Positions 1-10,061 of a DNA stretch of 64,000 nt are shown here, piece after piece. The notes beneath the pieces are model-generated. The model ran no database searches. It saw only the letters and a program-made list of their open reading frames with translations, and was not told where the DNA came from. Within the stretch, counting starts at the first letter, position 1; every line of letters starts with the position of its first letter. The stretch comes from a virus. Its lineage: Duplodnaviria > Heunggongvirae > Uroviricota > Caudoviricetes. The stretch lies in IMG/VR virus record IMGVR_UViG_2671180890_000004; one strand, 5' to 3'. A program made the translations under genes and the position numbers.

Positions 1-275
1 ACACGCTCCCCGTTAACCAGCCTCCCCGGTTCTTCGACGAATACATTCTGACACCGGAAAATAAAGCTGAGCACGAAGAGATCAAAGCGGCGTTGTTCCG
101 GGAAATCAGGAAGATTGCTGAAATGCAACTGGGGGGCGGGCTGGACAGAGTGATGGCGAGAGGAGAATGGGAGTCGCTGTTTGAAAGAGTTTCCCCGGAA
201 TTACTTCCCCTCGCACTGGCTATCGGGATTATGCAGACAGCGGATAAACCTCACTTACGTTCATTAAACACGTAA
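1..275 (+). CDS. 3' end of an unidentified gene (partial; reading frame open from window start)
   Basis: Frame is open from position 3 to the stop at 273-275; no recognisable motif. Product unknown. Confidence 0.3.
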   Translation, partial: TLPVNQPPRFFDEYILTPENKAEHEEIKAALFREIRKIAEMQLGGGLDRVMARGEWESLFERVSPELLPLALAIGIMQTADKPHLRSLNT

Positions 276-655
276 CGCATAATCCGGGATACGCATTCAG
301 CGATGACTGCATTTTCACCGGTTTTTACTGCATCCAGAAGTGACTCTTTAAATGGTGCGGGCCGGGGCTGCAGAAGGGTCGGCGTGGCATTGAGCAGACG
401 GAGCGTTTTTTCCGTGAGGACGACATCAGCCGCTCCCACAGCCAGCAACTGAGAGTAACGAATATAGCTGTTATCCCGAAGCCATATCAGCGTATCAATA
501 AAATACCGGCACTTTTTCTGGTCGTGATCAACCTGGTCCGGGATATCGAAAAAACCAGAATAAATCAAAACCTGAGGTGCCGGATGCGTGTTCAGTAATC
601 GGCAGAATATTTTGCCGGTGAGTGCATAAAAATCATCATTTAAGGAGTGCATCAT
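251..655 (-). CDS. hypothetical protein (134 aa)
   Basis: ORF only; its start codon overlaps the divergent start of the 654..869 ORF, so the true start or reality of this gene is doubtful. Confidence 0.25.
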   Translation of the reverse strand: MMHSLNDDFYALTGKIFCRLLNTHPAPQVLIYSGFFDIPDQVDHDQKKCRYFIDTLIWLRDNSYIRYSQLLAVGAADVVLTEKTLRLLNATPTLLQPRPAPFKESLLDAVKTGENAVIAECVSRIMRYVFNERK

Positions 656-869
656 GAATCCCCGATTAACGTTAACAGAACATCAGCGCCGTGCTGAAGC
701 AGTGAACAATGTTCTGGAAGATATTATCCGGTTACATCGCGGAGAACTGAGTGTCTGTCGTGCCGCTTTTCATTTTCAGGGAATACAAAAGCAGTTTGAT
801 ACTTCTGTTTTTGCAGAAGGTATTACTTATGCCCTGGACCGGATAAGGTCAGAAAATCGCCCCGGATAA
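654..869 (+). CDS. hypothetical protein (71 aa)
   Basis: ATG at 654 preceded by AAGGAG at 642-647; followed by an 11-bp perfect-stem hairpin at 926-956. Confidence 0.35.
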   Translation: MNPRLTLTEHQRRAEAVNNVLEDIIRLHRGELSVCRAAFHFQGIQKQFDTSVFAEGITYALDRIRSENRPG

Positions 870-1060
870 TCCCTAAACCACATTAACAGAAATCCCACTA
901 TCCCTGCCGCATCATGAAAGAACGACCAGCCCGGTGCTTCGGACCCACCGGGCTGGCCATCGTCCCACAGAAGTGGCTGTGAGCCGACCGAGGTTCAGTC
1001 AGTCTCGCGAGACCAGACTAGCCTGCCATATTTTTAATAATTGTAAAAGGCTTACAGATT

Positions 1061-1825
1061 ATGAAAATGAAGACATTACCCATCGTTCCATGGATTGGTG
1101 GCAAACGTCGCCTGGCAAAACACATCCTGCCGCTGTTTCCGGCGCATGAATGTTATGTGGAGCCGTTTTGTGGGGCAGCAGCGCTCTATTTTCTTAAGAC
1201 ACCCGGCAAGATCGAAGTCATCAATGATATCAACGGTGAACTGGTGAATCTGTACCGGGTGGTAAAGCATCACCTGGAAGAATTTGTCCGCCAGTTCAAA
1301 TGGGCGCTGGTCAGCCGTCAGATCTACAAATGGCTGCAGATCACCCCGGAAGAAACACTGACGGATATCCAGCGTGCGGCACGGTTCTACTACCTTCAGA
1401 AGCAGGCGTTTGGCGGCAAGGTGGCAGAGCACAGCTTCGGTACCTCCACCACATCCCCGCCACGCTTCAACCTGCTGCGTATTGAAGAAGAACTGTCAGC
1501 AGCACACCTGCGGCTTTCCAGAACAGTCATAGAACACATGGACTGGCAACAGTGCATTGAGCGTTATGATCGTCCGCACACACTGTTCTACTGCGACCCA
1601 CCGTACCTGGGTACGGAAGGCTATGGTGTGGATTTTCCTGAAGGGAACTACTCGCGGCTGGCAGAGCTGGCCCGGTGCATCAGAGGAAAAATGATAATTT
1701 CGGTGAACGATATCCCACAGATGCGCGAGGTGTTCACTGGACTGAACATACAGACAGTGAACATCAACTACAGTCTGGCGGGGAAATCTACGCCGCGCCG
1801 TGAACTGGTAATCTGCAACTTCTGA
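1061..1825 (+). CDS. DNA adenine methyltransferase, Dam/D12 class
   Basis: N-terminal PIVPWIGGKRRL AdoMet-binding motif and catalytic DPPY motif (FYCDPPYLG) in the order typical of Dam-family enzymes. Confidence 0.8.
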   Translation: MKMKTLPIVPWIGGKRRLAKHILPLFPAHECYVEPFCGAAALYFLKTPGKIEVINDINGELVNLYRVVKHHLEEFVRQFKWALVSRQIYKWLQITPEETLTDIQRAARFYYLQKQAFGGKVAEHSFGTSTTSPPRFNLLRIEEELSAAHLRLSRTVIEHMDWQQCIERYDRPHTLFYCDPPYLGTEGYGVDFPEGNYSRLAELARCIRGKMIISVNDIPQMREVFTGLNIQTVNINYSLAGKSTPRRELVICNF

Positions 1826-1855
1826 AACAAAACCGGAAAGCACAATGCTTTCCGG
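1824..1855 (-). terminator. rho-independent terminator downstream of the minus-strand repressor gene
   Basis: Stem CCGGAAAGC / GCTTTCCGG at 1833-1855; the U-tract is on the minus strand (A-run 1824-1832). Confidence 0.4.
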
Positions 1856-1941
1856 TAAACCAAACAACTTCCACTATGTCACTGGCGATGTTTTCTGAAA
1901 GCATCCAGATCAACCACCTGTCCTTTGTGTCCAGGTCAAAA

Positions 1942-2280
1942 TCAGCCTGCGAGTTTGCTTGGTTTGGGTTGAATGAAGACTTTGCCGACCTCAAGAATTG
2001 CCCTCCGTTGTTCGGGGCTCATTTCGTCGAATGCATCCATTAACTCTTTCTTTTCTTGTGACACATAAGGTGCAACAACAGGCTGACTCCGCACCCCAGT
2101 AACTACATACAAAATATCTACACCGATTTCTGATAGTGCAGATAACTGCACTGCAGTAGGAGAAGTGCGATCTTTTTCCCAATCAATGAAAGTTCTCTTT
2201 GCCACACCTATAGCATCAGCCAACCCTTGCTGTGTAAGAGATAGACGCTCTCTTTCTTCTTTAATACGTAACCCGATCAT
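1942..2280 (-). CDS. XRE-family HTH repressor (phage c-repressor analogue)
   Basis: HTH segment LSLTQQGLADAIGVAKRTFIDWEKD; divergent from the ner-like gene as in Mu. Start chosen at the internal Met (MIGLRIKEERERL). Confidence 0.55.
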   Translation of the reverse strand: MIGLRIKEERERLSLTQQGLADAIGVAKRTFIDWEKDRTSPTAVQLSALSEIGVDILYVVTGVRSQPVVAPYVSQEKKELMDAFDEMSPEQRRAILEVGKVFIQPKPSKLAG

Positions 2281-2304
2281 GTGAGTTTTTCTGCACTCTT
2301 TAAG

Positions 2305-2333
2305 TTGACTGGTGAGGTAATCTGCACCATAAT
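2305..2333 (+). promoter_or_regulatory. candidate sigma70 early promoter (TTGACT-17-CATAAT) driving ner/A/B
   Basis: TTGACT at 2305-2310, 17-nt spacer, CATAAT at 2328-2333, ~50 nt upstream of the ner start. Confidence 0.3.
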
Positions 2334-2380
2334 CTATCACACATAAGGCAAACATCATTGCATCAACAAAGGAGACAACG

Positions 2381-2569
2381 ATGACTGCAGAACAAGTCAA
2401 AGCTCTCTTCCGCCAGCGCGGGATCACTTTCACCCGCTGGGCAGAAGAAAACGGCTACAACCGCAATGAGGTATACCGCGTTCTCAATGGGCAGACCAAA
2501 GCCCGTTACGGTAAATCCCATGAAATCGCCGTGAAGTTGGGGCTGAAATCAACAGCTCAGGCAGCCTGA
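2381..2569 (+). CDS. ner: Ner-like DNA-binding protein
   Basis: 62-aa protein with Ner-family features, positioned between the repressor and the transposase; AGGAG RBS upstream. Confidence 0.65.
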   Translation: MTAEQVKALFRQRGITFTRWAEENGYNRNEVYRVLNGQTKARYGKSHEIAVKLGLKSTAQAA

Positions 2570-2615
2570 AGATTTTGAGTCTTTGTAAAAGGTTATCACA
2601 TATCGCAAAAGAGGT

Positions 2616-2930
2616 ATGCAGATGAGTAAGACGAATGTTTCAAGCTCCGGCAGTCGCATCCTCCGGGTACTCAAAGCGCTGCGCGGTCATGCCCTGAACG
2701 GTATTTCCAACGGTGAACTGGCGGCAGCACTGCACGAGTCACCGGCAAACATCAACCGGGCACTCAACACCCTCATTGAAGAAGGGTTGGCCCTGAAACT
2801 GGAAAACGGGCGTTTCGCGCCGGGCATCCAGTTACTGCAGATCGCTATGGCCCACAGTAACGAGATGGCACGTGCACAGGATCGCATTAACGAAATCAAC
2901 CAACGTGTCATTTCAGGTAGTCGTTTGTAA
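2616..2930 (+). CDS. winged-helix DNA-binding protein
   Basis: wHTH-like segment ISNGELAAALHESPANINRALNTLIEEGLA. Confidence 0.45.
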   Translation: MQMSKTNVSSSGSRILRVLKALRGHALNGISNGELAAALHESPANINRALNTLIEEGLALKLENGRFAPGIQLLQIAMAHSNEMARAQDRINEINQRVISGSRL

Positions 2931-2940
2931 GGAGTAATAA

Positions 2941-3852
2941 ATGGGACGCACCAAATCACCGATTAACACTGAACTGAACGCCGAGGTACCGCTGTCGGAT
3001 GATCTCAATGTCAGTCTGAACGCCATGACACAGCATCGTATGGAGATCATGCAGCAGTTTGGCGATGGTCAGCCCTATGAGCGTGATCGCATAGTTCATG
3101 AGGCTCGGTTTTATATGGCACAGAGCGCTGAGGCCATGCTGGAAGCAGGTAAACGACTTATTATTCTCAAAGAAAATGAACCTCACGGGGACTTTGTTGG
3201 AATTGTAGAAGAACAACTTGGTCTGCATGTGCGCGCAGCACAACGAATGATGAAAGCATCTTTGAAATACCTTTCACCAAAACTAGAGCCAAAAGCGACA
3301 ACGTTGTCGCTTTTAGGTAAGGCAAAATTATTTGAACTTGTTGCTGAAGATGACGACGACCTTGCTGAACTGGCCGACGGTGGCACAGTTGCCGGACTGA
3401 CGCTTGACGATGTTGATCGCATGTCAGTACGTGAATTGCGTCAGGCCCTGCGCGAAGCGCGCGAAACCAACGCAGCACAACAGCGCGTACTCGCCGACAA
3501 AAATGAAAAAATAGACTCACTCTCCACCAGACTGGAGAAGAAATCCCGTATTCAGCCACCTGAGCCTGATGAAGAGGTGAAGAAACTGCGGGCAGAAGTG
3601 ACCGCGTTAGCGGTTGAGGCGGAATCTGCCATCGCCGTTCGACTGTCCAGCGCTTTTGAGACGCTGTGCGCATATTGTGCTGAAAACATGATTGATACCC
3701 CCAGAGACTTCATGGCGGGCCTGGTCTGTCAACTGGAAAGCACAGCGCGTAGCCTGCGCTCCACATTTGACCTGCCGGACGAGCCAACAGGCAATGCAGC
3801 GCCTTCATGGCTGACTGAGCCGACGCCACAGATTAACGGGCTGGAGGCATAA
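2941..3852 (+). CDS. hypothetical phage protein (303 aa)
   Basis: ORF with AAGGAG RBS immediately upstream of the transposase gene; acidic, coiled-coil-rich. Confidence 0.5.
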   Translation: MGRTKSPINTELNAEVPLSDDLNVSLNAMTQHRMEIMQQFGDGQPYERDRIVHEARFYMAQSAEAMLEAGKRLIILKENEPHGDFVGIVEEQLGLHVRAAQRMMKASLKYLSPKLEPKATTLSLLGKAKLFELVAEDDDDLAELADGGTVAGLTLDDVDRMSVRELRQALREARETNAAQQRVLADKNEKIDSLSTRLEKKSRIQPPEPDEEVKKLRAEVTALAVEAESAIAVRLSSAFETLCAYCAENMIDTPRDFMAGLVCQLESTARSLRSTFDLPDEPTGNAAPSWLTEPTPQINGLEA

Positions 3853-3855
3853 CCA

Positions 3856-5625
3856 ATGAATGCTGCCCTGACTGAACGACTGGTTTATGTCGCCCGCGCG
3901 GCACGTGACGCGGGGCATGGTAAACGCGGCGCAGTATACGACGCTGCCTGTGCTGAACTTGGCATGTCCCGCGCCACTCTGCTGCGCAGGCTGAAGGAGG
4001 TATCTGTGACTGATAAACGCAAAAAACGCGCCGATGCCGGGCGCAGCGCCCTGACCCGCGACGAAGCCGCGCTGATATCTGCCACACTGCGTGAGGCCAC
4101 CCGCAAGAACGGTAAGCGTCTCTATTCCATCGCGGATGCAGTGGAAACCCTGCGGGCTAACGGCTTTATATCCGCAGGCAGAACAGATGAAACCACCGGT
4201 GAGTTTTTCCCGTTGTCCGAAGATGCCATCAGCCGAGCCCTGCGTAACTATGGCCTGCACCCGGAACAACTGGATGCCCCTGCGCCGCATACCGAAGTGG
4301 CCAGTCTGCATCCCAATCATGTCTGGCAGATTGACGCCTCACTCTGCACGCTTTACTACCTGAGCAATGGACATAAAGGGCTGCAGGTGATGGACAGCGC
4401 GAAGTTCTACAAGAACAAGCCCGCTAACCTTGCCCGTATCGCCAGTGACCGCGTGTGGAGTTACGAGATTACCGACCATGCCAGCGGCTGGATTTACGTT
4501 GAGTATGTGACGGGCGCGGAATCAGGTGAGAACCTGTGTTCTGTGCTTATCAACGCCATGCAGGAGCGTGGCGGCGCAGACGTGCTGCACGGTGTGCCGA
4601 AAATACTCTATCTCGACCCCGGCTCGGCAAACACCGCGGGTATGACGAAAAACATGTGCCGCTCACTGGGCATCGACCTGATAGCGCACAAGCCGCATAA
4701 CGCCCGCGCCACCGGACAGGTGGAAAAGGCGCGGGACATTATCGAACGCAAGCTGGAGCCGGGTCTGAAGTTCCGGCCGGTTCACAGTCTGGAAGAACTC
4801 AACGCGCTGGCCGCGAAATGGCGCAGCCACTTTAACGCCACGGCTGTTCACAGCCGCCACGGTAAAACCCGCACGGATATCTGGCTGAAGATTACTGCTG
4901 AGCAGCTGAAAAAAGCGCCTTCCGTTGAGGTATGTCGTGAACTGGCTGTGGCGGCACCAGAACTCCGCAAAGTCACGCCAAAACTTCGTGTCTCGTTCCG
5001 GGGCACTGAATTTGACGTATCAACGGTACCGGGCGTACTGGTTGGTGAAAAACTGATGATTACCCGTAACCCGTGGCGCAGCGATGTGGCACAGGTGGTT
5101 CTGACCGGTGAGGACGGCCACGAGACGTTCTTCCTGGTCGAAGAGGTCAGAAAGAACGAGTTTGGCTTTGCTGAAGGCGCGGCGGTATTTGGCGAAAGTT
5201 ACAAAGCCCTGCCGGAAACCCCGGCGCAGATGGCGGCAAAAGAAACCGAAGCGCTGGTCACCGGTACAGACAACGCCGCAGATGCAGCTGCCGCACGCAA
5301 GGCGAAGGCGCTGCCGTTCGGCGGGCGGCTTGACCCGTATAAACATATCGACGACACCACACTTCCGGCCTATATGCCGAAGCGTGGTCAGGCCTCTGAC
5401 GTACGCGGGCCGCGCACTGAACAACGTCCCATGACTTATGTGGAGGCCGCGAAAGCCCTGCGCGATAAGTTCAGCGCCAACGGCTTTACCTGGACGCCGG
5501 AACATTACCGCCAGTTAACGGCACAGTATCCGGACGGCGTACCGGAAGCCGCACTGGATGAAGTCATGGCCACGCTGACCACGCCGGCCCGCAGCAGCGT
5601 TATCAGTATTGTTAACGGCAACTGA
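3856..5625 (+). CDS. Mu-family DDE transposase (A protein)
   Basis: Catalytic-core signatures in MuA-like context and spacing: WQIDASL, YLDPGSANT, GQVEKARD. GGAGG RBS upstream. Confidence 0.85.
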   Translation: MNAALTERLVYVARAARDAGHGKRGAVYDAACAELGMSRATLLRRLKEVSVTDKRKKRADAGRSALTRDEAALISATLREATRKNGKRLYSIADAVETLRANGFISAGRTDETTGEFFPLSEDAISRALRNYGLHPEQLDAPAPHTEVASLHPNHVWQIDASLCTLYYLSNGHKGLQVMDSAKFYKNKPANLARIASDRVWSYEITDHASGWIYVEYVTGAESGENLCSVLINAMQERGGADVLHGVPKILYLDPGSANTAGMTKNMCRSLGIDLIAHKPHNARATGQVEKARDIIERKLEPGLKFRPVHSLEELNALAAKWRSHFNATAVHSRHGKTRTDIWLKITAEQLKKAPSVEVCRELAVAAPELRKVTPKLRVSFRGTEFDVSTVPGVLVGEKLMITRNPWRSDVAQVVLTGEDGHETFFLVEEVRKNEFGFAEGAAVFGESYKALPETPAQMAAKETEALVTGTDNAADAAAARKAKALPFGGRLDPYKHIDDTTLPAYMPKRGQASDVRGPRTEQRPMTYVEAAKALRDKFSANGFTWTPEHYRQLTAQYPDGVPEAALDEVMATLTTPARSSVISIVNGN

Positions 5626-5635
5626 GGAGGGAAAC

Positions 5636-6802
5636 ATGCTGGTACTGAAGCAGCAACTGAAAGAAGCCCGTATTCCACAGGCGGTGGTGGCGAGAGCTGT
5701 CGATGTTTCTGAGGCCACGCTGGCCCAGATTGTGAATCATAACGCGTGGCCCCGCACCAGCCCCGGAGAAGTGCGCCGGCGTCTTGCGTCCTGGCTGGAA
5801 AGTCAGGGGATTGATACAACGAAGAGTTTTGATGCTGTACAGGGCGCGGCCACGCCCCGTACAGCGGGTACCACAGATAAAACGAGCCTCAGTGAGGAAG
5901 AGAATATGTTACTCAAAAAACAGGTGTTATTTCCAGCAACCAAAAAAGCGTTTGGTCTTTTCCGTGACCCGTTCGCCGACGAAGCCATGCAGGGTTCTGA
6001 TGATGTGTTCACCACCCCGGATATTCGCTACGTGCGTGAGGCGTTGTACCAGACAGCCCGTCATGGTGGGTTTATGGCCGTCATCGGTGAGTCCGGTGCG
6101 GGTAAATCCACGCTGCGCCGCGACCTGACTGAACGTATCAACCGCGAGAATGCGCCGGTAATTGTTATCGAGCCATACATCATCGCTATGGAAGACAACG
6201 ATGTGAAAGGGAAAACCCTGAAGGCAGCAGCGATTGCCGAAGCCATTATCAGTACCATCGCACCACTGGAAAGCATCAGACGCAGTCAGGACGCCCGCTT
6301 TCGCCAGTTGCATCGCGTCCTGAAAGACAGCAGCCAGGCGGGGTTCAGCCACGTTCTGGTGATTGAGGAGGCCCACAGTCTGCCCATTCCGACACTGAAA
6401 CACCTCAAACGCTTTTTTGAGCTGGAGTCCGGTTTCAAAAAACTGCTGTCCATCGTGCTGATTGGCCAGCCGGAACTGGCGACAAAACTGTCTGAACGCA
6501 ATATGGAAGTCCGTGAAGTCGTTCAGCGCTGTGAGGTGGTCGAACTTCTGCCTCTGGACAATAACCTTGAAGAGTTTCTGACGTTCAAACTGCAACGGGC
6601 CGGTAAACAACTGACGGACATTATGGACGCCAGCGCAGTGGATGCCATACGTGCCCGCCTGAGCAATCCGGGAAGTCATCGTAAAAATATGGTCAGCCTG
6701 CTGTATCCGCTGGCCGTCAGTAACCTGGTAATAGCCGCCATGAATCTGGCCGCTGAAATCGGGGTTCCACAGGTCAACGCTGACGTTGTCAAAGGGGTTT
6801 AA
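5636..6802 (+). CDS. MuB-like transposition ATPase (AAA+)
   Basis: Walker A GESGAGKST and Walker B VLVIEEAH; located directly after the transposase. Confidence 0.8.
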   Translation: MLVLKQQLKEARIPQAVVARAVDVSEATLAQIVNHNAWPRTSPGEVRRRLASWLESQGIDTTKSFDAVQGAATPRTAGTTDKTSLSEEENMLLKKQVLFPATKKAFGLFRDPFADEAMQGSDDVFTTPDIRYVREALYQTARHGGFMAVIGESGAGKSTLRRDLTERINRENAPVIVIEPYIIAMEDNDVKGKTLKAAAIAEAIISTIAPLESIRRSQDARFRQLHRVLKDSSQAGFSHVLVIEEAHSLPIPTLKHLKRFFELESGFKKLLSIVLIGQPELATKLSERNMEVREVVQRCEVVELLPLDNNLEEFLTFKLQRAGKQLTDIMDASAVDAIRARLSNPGSHRKNMVSLLYPLAVSNLVIAAMNLAAEIGVPQVNADVVKGV

Positions 6803-6804
6803 TA

Positions 6805-7074
6805 ATGAAATCCACCACAGGTATCAACCAGCAAATCAGCAAAGTGCAGTCAGCCATTATGGCGCTTAAGGCGACGAACACGGATGTACAAAGCATCACC
6901 ATCAGGGGTAACAAACCTGTCATCCGCGTTTCCCGGAGTGCGCATTGCATGCGCATGCTTGAGCAGGGAAAGGCCTGTTATCTGTATACCGGTCATGACC
7001 ACAGGGGACATTTCCGTCAGGGCGTTTTCGAACTGCACGGCTGTCGCGTCGTGTGGCCGGAATCTTTGTGGTAA
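6805..7074 (+). CDS. hypothetical early-region protein
   Basis: ORF in the semi-essential region between B and gam. Confidence 0.45.
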   Translation: MKSTTGINQQISKVQSAIMALKATNTDVQSITIRGNKPVIRVSRSAHCMRMLEQGKACYLYTGHDHRGHFRQGVFELHGCRVVWPESLW

Positions 7075-7101
7075 TCAGCACAACAGGAGGAGTCATAAAA
7101 T

Positions 7102-7632
7102 ATGGCAAAAAGTACAAAAGGGGCAAAACGTATCAAAGCCGCAGCAGCACTCTGGGTGCCGGGGACACGCGAAGAGGTCATTGAGGGAATCAGACTGCTT
7201 GGTGACGCGCAACGTGAACTGGTCAGGGCTGAAACAGAAATGAATGACACCATTGGCGACATCACCGCACGTTATGCCCCGCTCACCGAGAGCCTGAAAA
7301 AACGCATGGCCGAACTGCAGTCCGGTATTCAGACATGGTGTGAGGCACACCGTGATGAACTGACCGGCAACGGGAAGGTGAAGTTCGCTAACCTCACCAC
7401 CGGCGAGGTGCAGTGGCGAAACCGTCCGCCGTCAGTCAGTATCCGTGGGGCGGATAATGTTATTGAATTACTGAGACGTCTGGGGCTTGAGCGCTTTATC
7501 CGTGTAAAGGAGGAAATAAATAAAGACGCCATCCTGAATGAAAAGGACGCCGTGAAAAATATTCCCGGTATTACCATAAAAAGTGATATTGAGGATTTTT
7601 CAATAATTCCTTTTGAGCAGAATGTGCAGTAA
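7102..7632 (+). CDS. gam: host-nuclease inhibitor Gam (Mu Gam family)
   Basis: Strong recalled similarity to Mu Gam, e.g. RPPSVSIRG...LGLERFIR...GITIKSDIEDFSIIPFEQ. Confidence 0.8.
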   Translation: MAKSTKGAKRIKAAAALWVPGTREEVIEGIRLLGDAQRELVRAETEMNDTIGDITARYAPLTESLKKRMAELQSGIQTWCEAHRDELTGNGKVKFANLTTGEVQWRNRPPSVSIRGADNVIELLRRLGLERFIRVKEEINKDAILNEKDAVKNIPGITIKSDIEDFSIIPFEQNVQ

Positions 7633-7728
7633 AAACAGCATATAAGCTATTTAAAACAGCCTTTTCTTTTTTATTCCGGCATCAGCGCCGTGGGCTTCTG
7701 CACGCCGGAAACAGAGGAGAATTAAATC

Positions 7729-7923
7729 ATGATATTTAAATGTATTCAGTGCGAGAGGGATATAACAGCCCTGCGTTTTCACAGCGCCATCGCCGTGATG
7801 TCCGGTAAGTACCACGTACCTGCAGTACGCGTCACCCTGGTCTGTCCGTACTGCAGTCAGCATTTTTCGGCAGACGTGCCCGTCATGGAATTCTCCCGCC
7901 CTGACAGGGAGGACTCGCAATGA
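7729..7923 (+). CDS. small Cys-rich (zinc-ribbon-like) protein
   Basis: CxxC...CPYC cysteine pairs in a 64-aa ORF. Confidence 0.4.
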   Translation: MIFKCIQCERDITALRFHSAIAVMSGKYHVPAVRVTLVCPYCSQHFSADVPVMEFSRPDREDSQ

Positions 7924-8192
7924 TTACCCCACAGGAAGCACGACAGCGCACCCGAACCCTTGTTGAACACTATGTCAACGAGTGTGAATGCCGCGACCTC
8001 ACCGATGTGAAGCACGTCCTGACGGCGCTAATCAGCATGACCGCTCAGGCCATTGTGGCGACCAACGGAAAGGCGGCTGCCCTGCAGGTACTGGTGAACA
8101 CACTCACCCACACGGCAGAGCACGATGTGCCGTACCGGATGGAAACCACTGCAGAAGGCGGCCTGAACATCACCGTCGACCGGAAACACTGA
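7920..8192 (+). CDS. hypothetical protein
   Basis: ORF with start overlapping the upstream stop (coupled). Confidence 0.4.
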   Translation: MITPQEARQRTRTLVEHYVNECECRDLTDVKHVLTALISMTAQAIVATNGKAAALQVLVNTLTHTAEHDVPYRMETTAEGGLNITVDRKH

Positions 8193-8201
8193 GGGCGCGG
8201 C

Positions 8202-8507
8202 ATGACACGGAACACCGAACTCACCCGCACCGCCCTCTACCGTCTGGCCCTGCAGCGTTTCGGGCCGGACGCACAGGCCCTGAAACTGACAGAAGAGGCC
8301 GCTGAACTGGCGGCCAGTGCCGCCCGCAACCTGAACGGACAGGGCAGCGAAAGTGACCTCGCGGCAGAGCTGGCAGACGTGGAAATCATGACAGAGCAGC
8401 TGCGCCTTCAGGGAATGGACCGGCTGATTGACTTCCACAAACAGAAAAAACTGGAACGCCTTGCCGCACGGCTGGGCGTCATGTACACCGGAGATACTGA
8501 ACAATGA
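8202..8507 (+). CDS. MazG-like nucleotide pyrophosphohydrolase domain protein
   Basis: EEAAELAA...ELADVEIM helix pair typical of MazG/NTP-PPase. Confidence 0.45.
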   Translation: MTRNTELTRTALYRLALQRFGPDAQALKLTEEAAELAASAARNLNGQGSESDLAAELADVEIMTEQLRLQGMDRLIDFHKQKKLERLAARLGVMYTGDTEQ

Positions 8508-9187
8508 CAGACCAGGATAAACACATTGAGAAACTGAAAAAGTTGCTGGCGCTGGCCGCATCCGGCAACCCTCACGAGGCCGCTCTGGCACTGCGCCGTG
8601 CCCGTAAACTGATGGATGTTCACGGCATCACACATTCCGACATCGCCATGAGTGATATTGATGAAACCATCAGTCACTACTGGCCGACAGGCAGCCTCCG
8701 TCCACCGCGCTACATGCTGGGCCTGATGAACATCATCCGCGAGGCATTTGGTGTTAACTCCATCATTCACCCCGGCACATATCCGGGTGTGGGGTTCTAC
8801 GGCAACCGGGAACGGGCTGCACTGGCTGCGTACACCTGGGAAGTGCTGGCCCGCCAGCTGAAAAAGGCGCGTCAGCAATATATCAGCGCACAGAACAAAA
8901 GAATAAAAACTGCCACCCGTACCAGCCGTGGTGACCAGTTTGCTGAAGGCTGGGTGCTGGCCGTTATCAGTGAAATACAGTCCTTCGCCCTGACCGATGA
9001 CGAACGTGAACTGATGCAGCAGTGGCTGGAACATAAATACCCGCAGACGCAAACCACCAGGGCGCGTAAACCGGGAAGAAGCCGCAATGGCGACGCCTCG
9101 CGCTATGCGGGGTTTCTTGAAGGGCAGAACGTCAGACTGCACCGCCCGGTCAGTGGGCAGGAACAACAGAAACTGGAGGCCAGATGA
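8504..9187 (+). CDS. DUF2786-like phage protein
   Basis: N-terminal KLKKLLALAASGNPHEAALALRRARKLM signature. Confidence 0.5.
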   Translation: MTDQDKHIEKLKKLLALAASGNPHEAALALRRARKLMDVHGITHSDIAMSDIDETISHYWPTGSLRPPRYMLGLMNIIREAFGVNSIIHPGTYPGVGFYGNRERAALAAYTWEVLARQLKKARQQYISAQNKRIKTATRTSRGDQFAEGWVLAVISEIQSFALTDDERELMQQWLEHKYPQTQTTRARKPGRSRNGDASRYAGFLEGQNVRLHRPVSGQEQQKLEAR

Positions 9188-9414
9188 TTACGCTATCAGG
9201 TAAAAGCCGGAAATTAAAAGCCTGCCGAATATCTGCCAGATACCTTTTTGCCCGCGCCTTTTTTAAGAACGTCAGGCCGGGGATCACAATTGGTGTTATT
9301 GCCGGACGCGAACAGGTTGAAAAATACATGTCAGGTGCATGGTGGAATAACGACCCTGTCATTGCTGCCCGTAATATTCATATCAGTTGGGGGGATATTC
9401 AGAATGACGGCTGA
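9184..9414 (+). CDS. hypothetical protein
   Basis: ORF with overlapping stop/start on both sides. Confidence 0.3.
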   Translation: MITLSGKSRKLKACRISARYLFARAFFKNVRPGITIGVIAGREQVEKYMSGAWWNNDPVIAARNIHISWGDIQNDG

Positions 9415-9619
9415 ATCTGTTGTATGTGCCCTGTTCTGGTATTGTTTTGTCGGTTGGTGTACTGCTGAACTGCACCGCCGTTCAGGGTTTTATTCACGTT
9501 ACAGTGGTGCTGGCTACTGGATTAGCTGGTCGGTGATGTTCCTGTGCTGGCCTGTGGCGCTTCCTTTATATGTCGATTATATCGGTGGCGCAGGTAAAAG
9601 GAGCAACGATGATGACTAA
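9404..9619 (+). CDS. small membrane protein
   Basis: Two hydrophobic helices (VVCALFWYCFVGW, WSVMFLCWPVALPLYV). Confidence 0.35.
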   Translation: MTAESVVCALFWYCFVGWCTAELHRRSGFYSRYSGAGYWISWSVMFLCWPVALPLYVDYIGGAGKRSNDDD

Positions 9620-10061
9620 ACAACGTCTTATCCAGCTCATTCATATTGCCCGTAATGAACTGGGTATGGATGAAGACACCTACCGCCAGATGTTACAGGG
9701 GCTGACCGGTAAAGCCTCAACCAAAGGAATGGATACCACACAACTAAACTGCGTGCTGGAATCCATGAAAAGGAAAGGCTTTCGCGTTAAGCCTGCCGGA
9801 AAAGCCAGCTCCGGTTTACCGCTGGATAACCATCCGCAGTCCAGGAAAATCCGTGCGCTATGGCTTGAAATGGCTGCTGCCGGCATTGTTCGTGACCGTT
9901 CAGAAAATGCATTAGCGCGGTGGATCAAGCGGGAAACGGGCATCAGCGCCCTGCGCTGGCTCAGTACTGAACAGGCAAGCAGTGTTATTGAGAAACTGAA
10001 GAAGTGGCAGCGCAGAGCTGCGGGAGTCAAACATGAGCGACCTGAATCAGTTTCGAAGTAA
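9609..10061 (+). CDS. gemA: GemA-like protein (Mu gp16 family)
   Basis: Size and position immediately upstream of mor; AAGGAG RBS. Confidence 0.55.
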   Translation: MMTKQRLIQLIHIARNELGMDEDTYRQMLQGLTGKASTKGMDTTQLNCVLESMKRKGFRVKPAGKASSGLPLDNHPQSRKIRALWLEMAAAGIVRDRSENALARWIKRETGISALRWLSTEQASSVIEKLKKWQRRAAGVKHERPESVSK

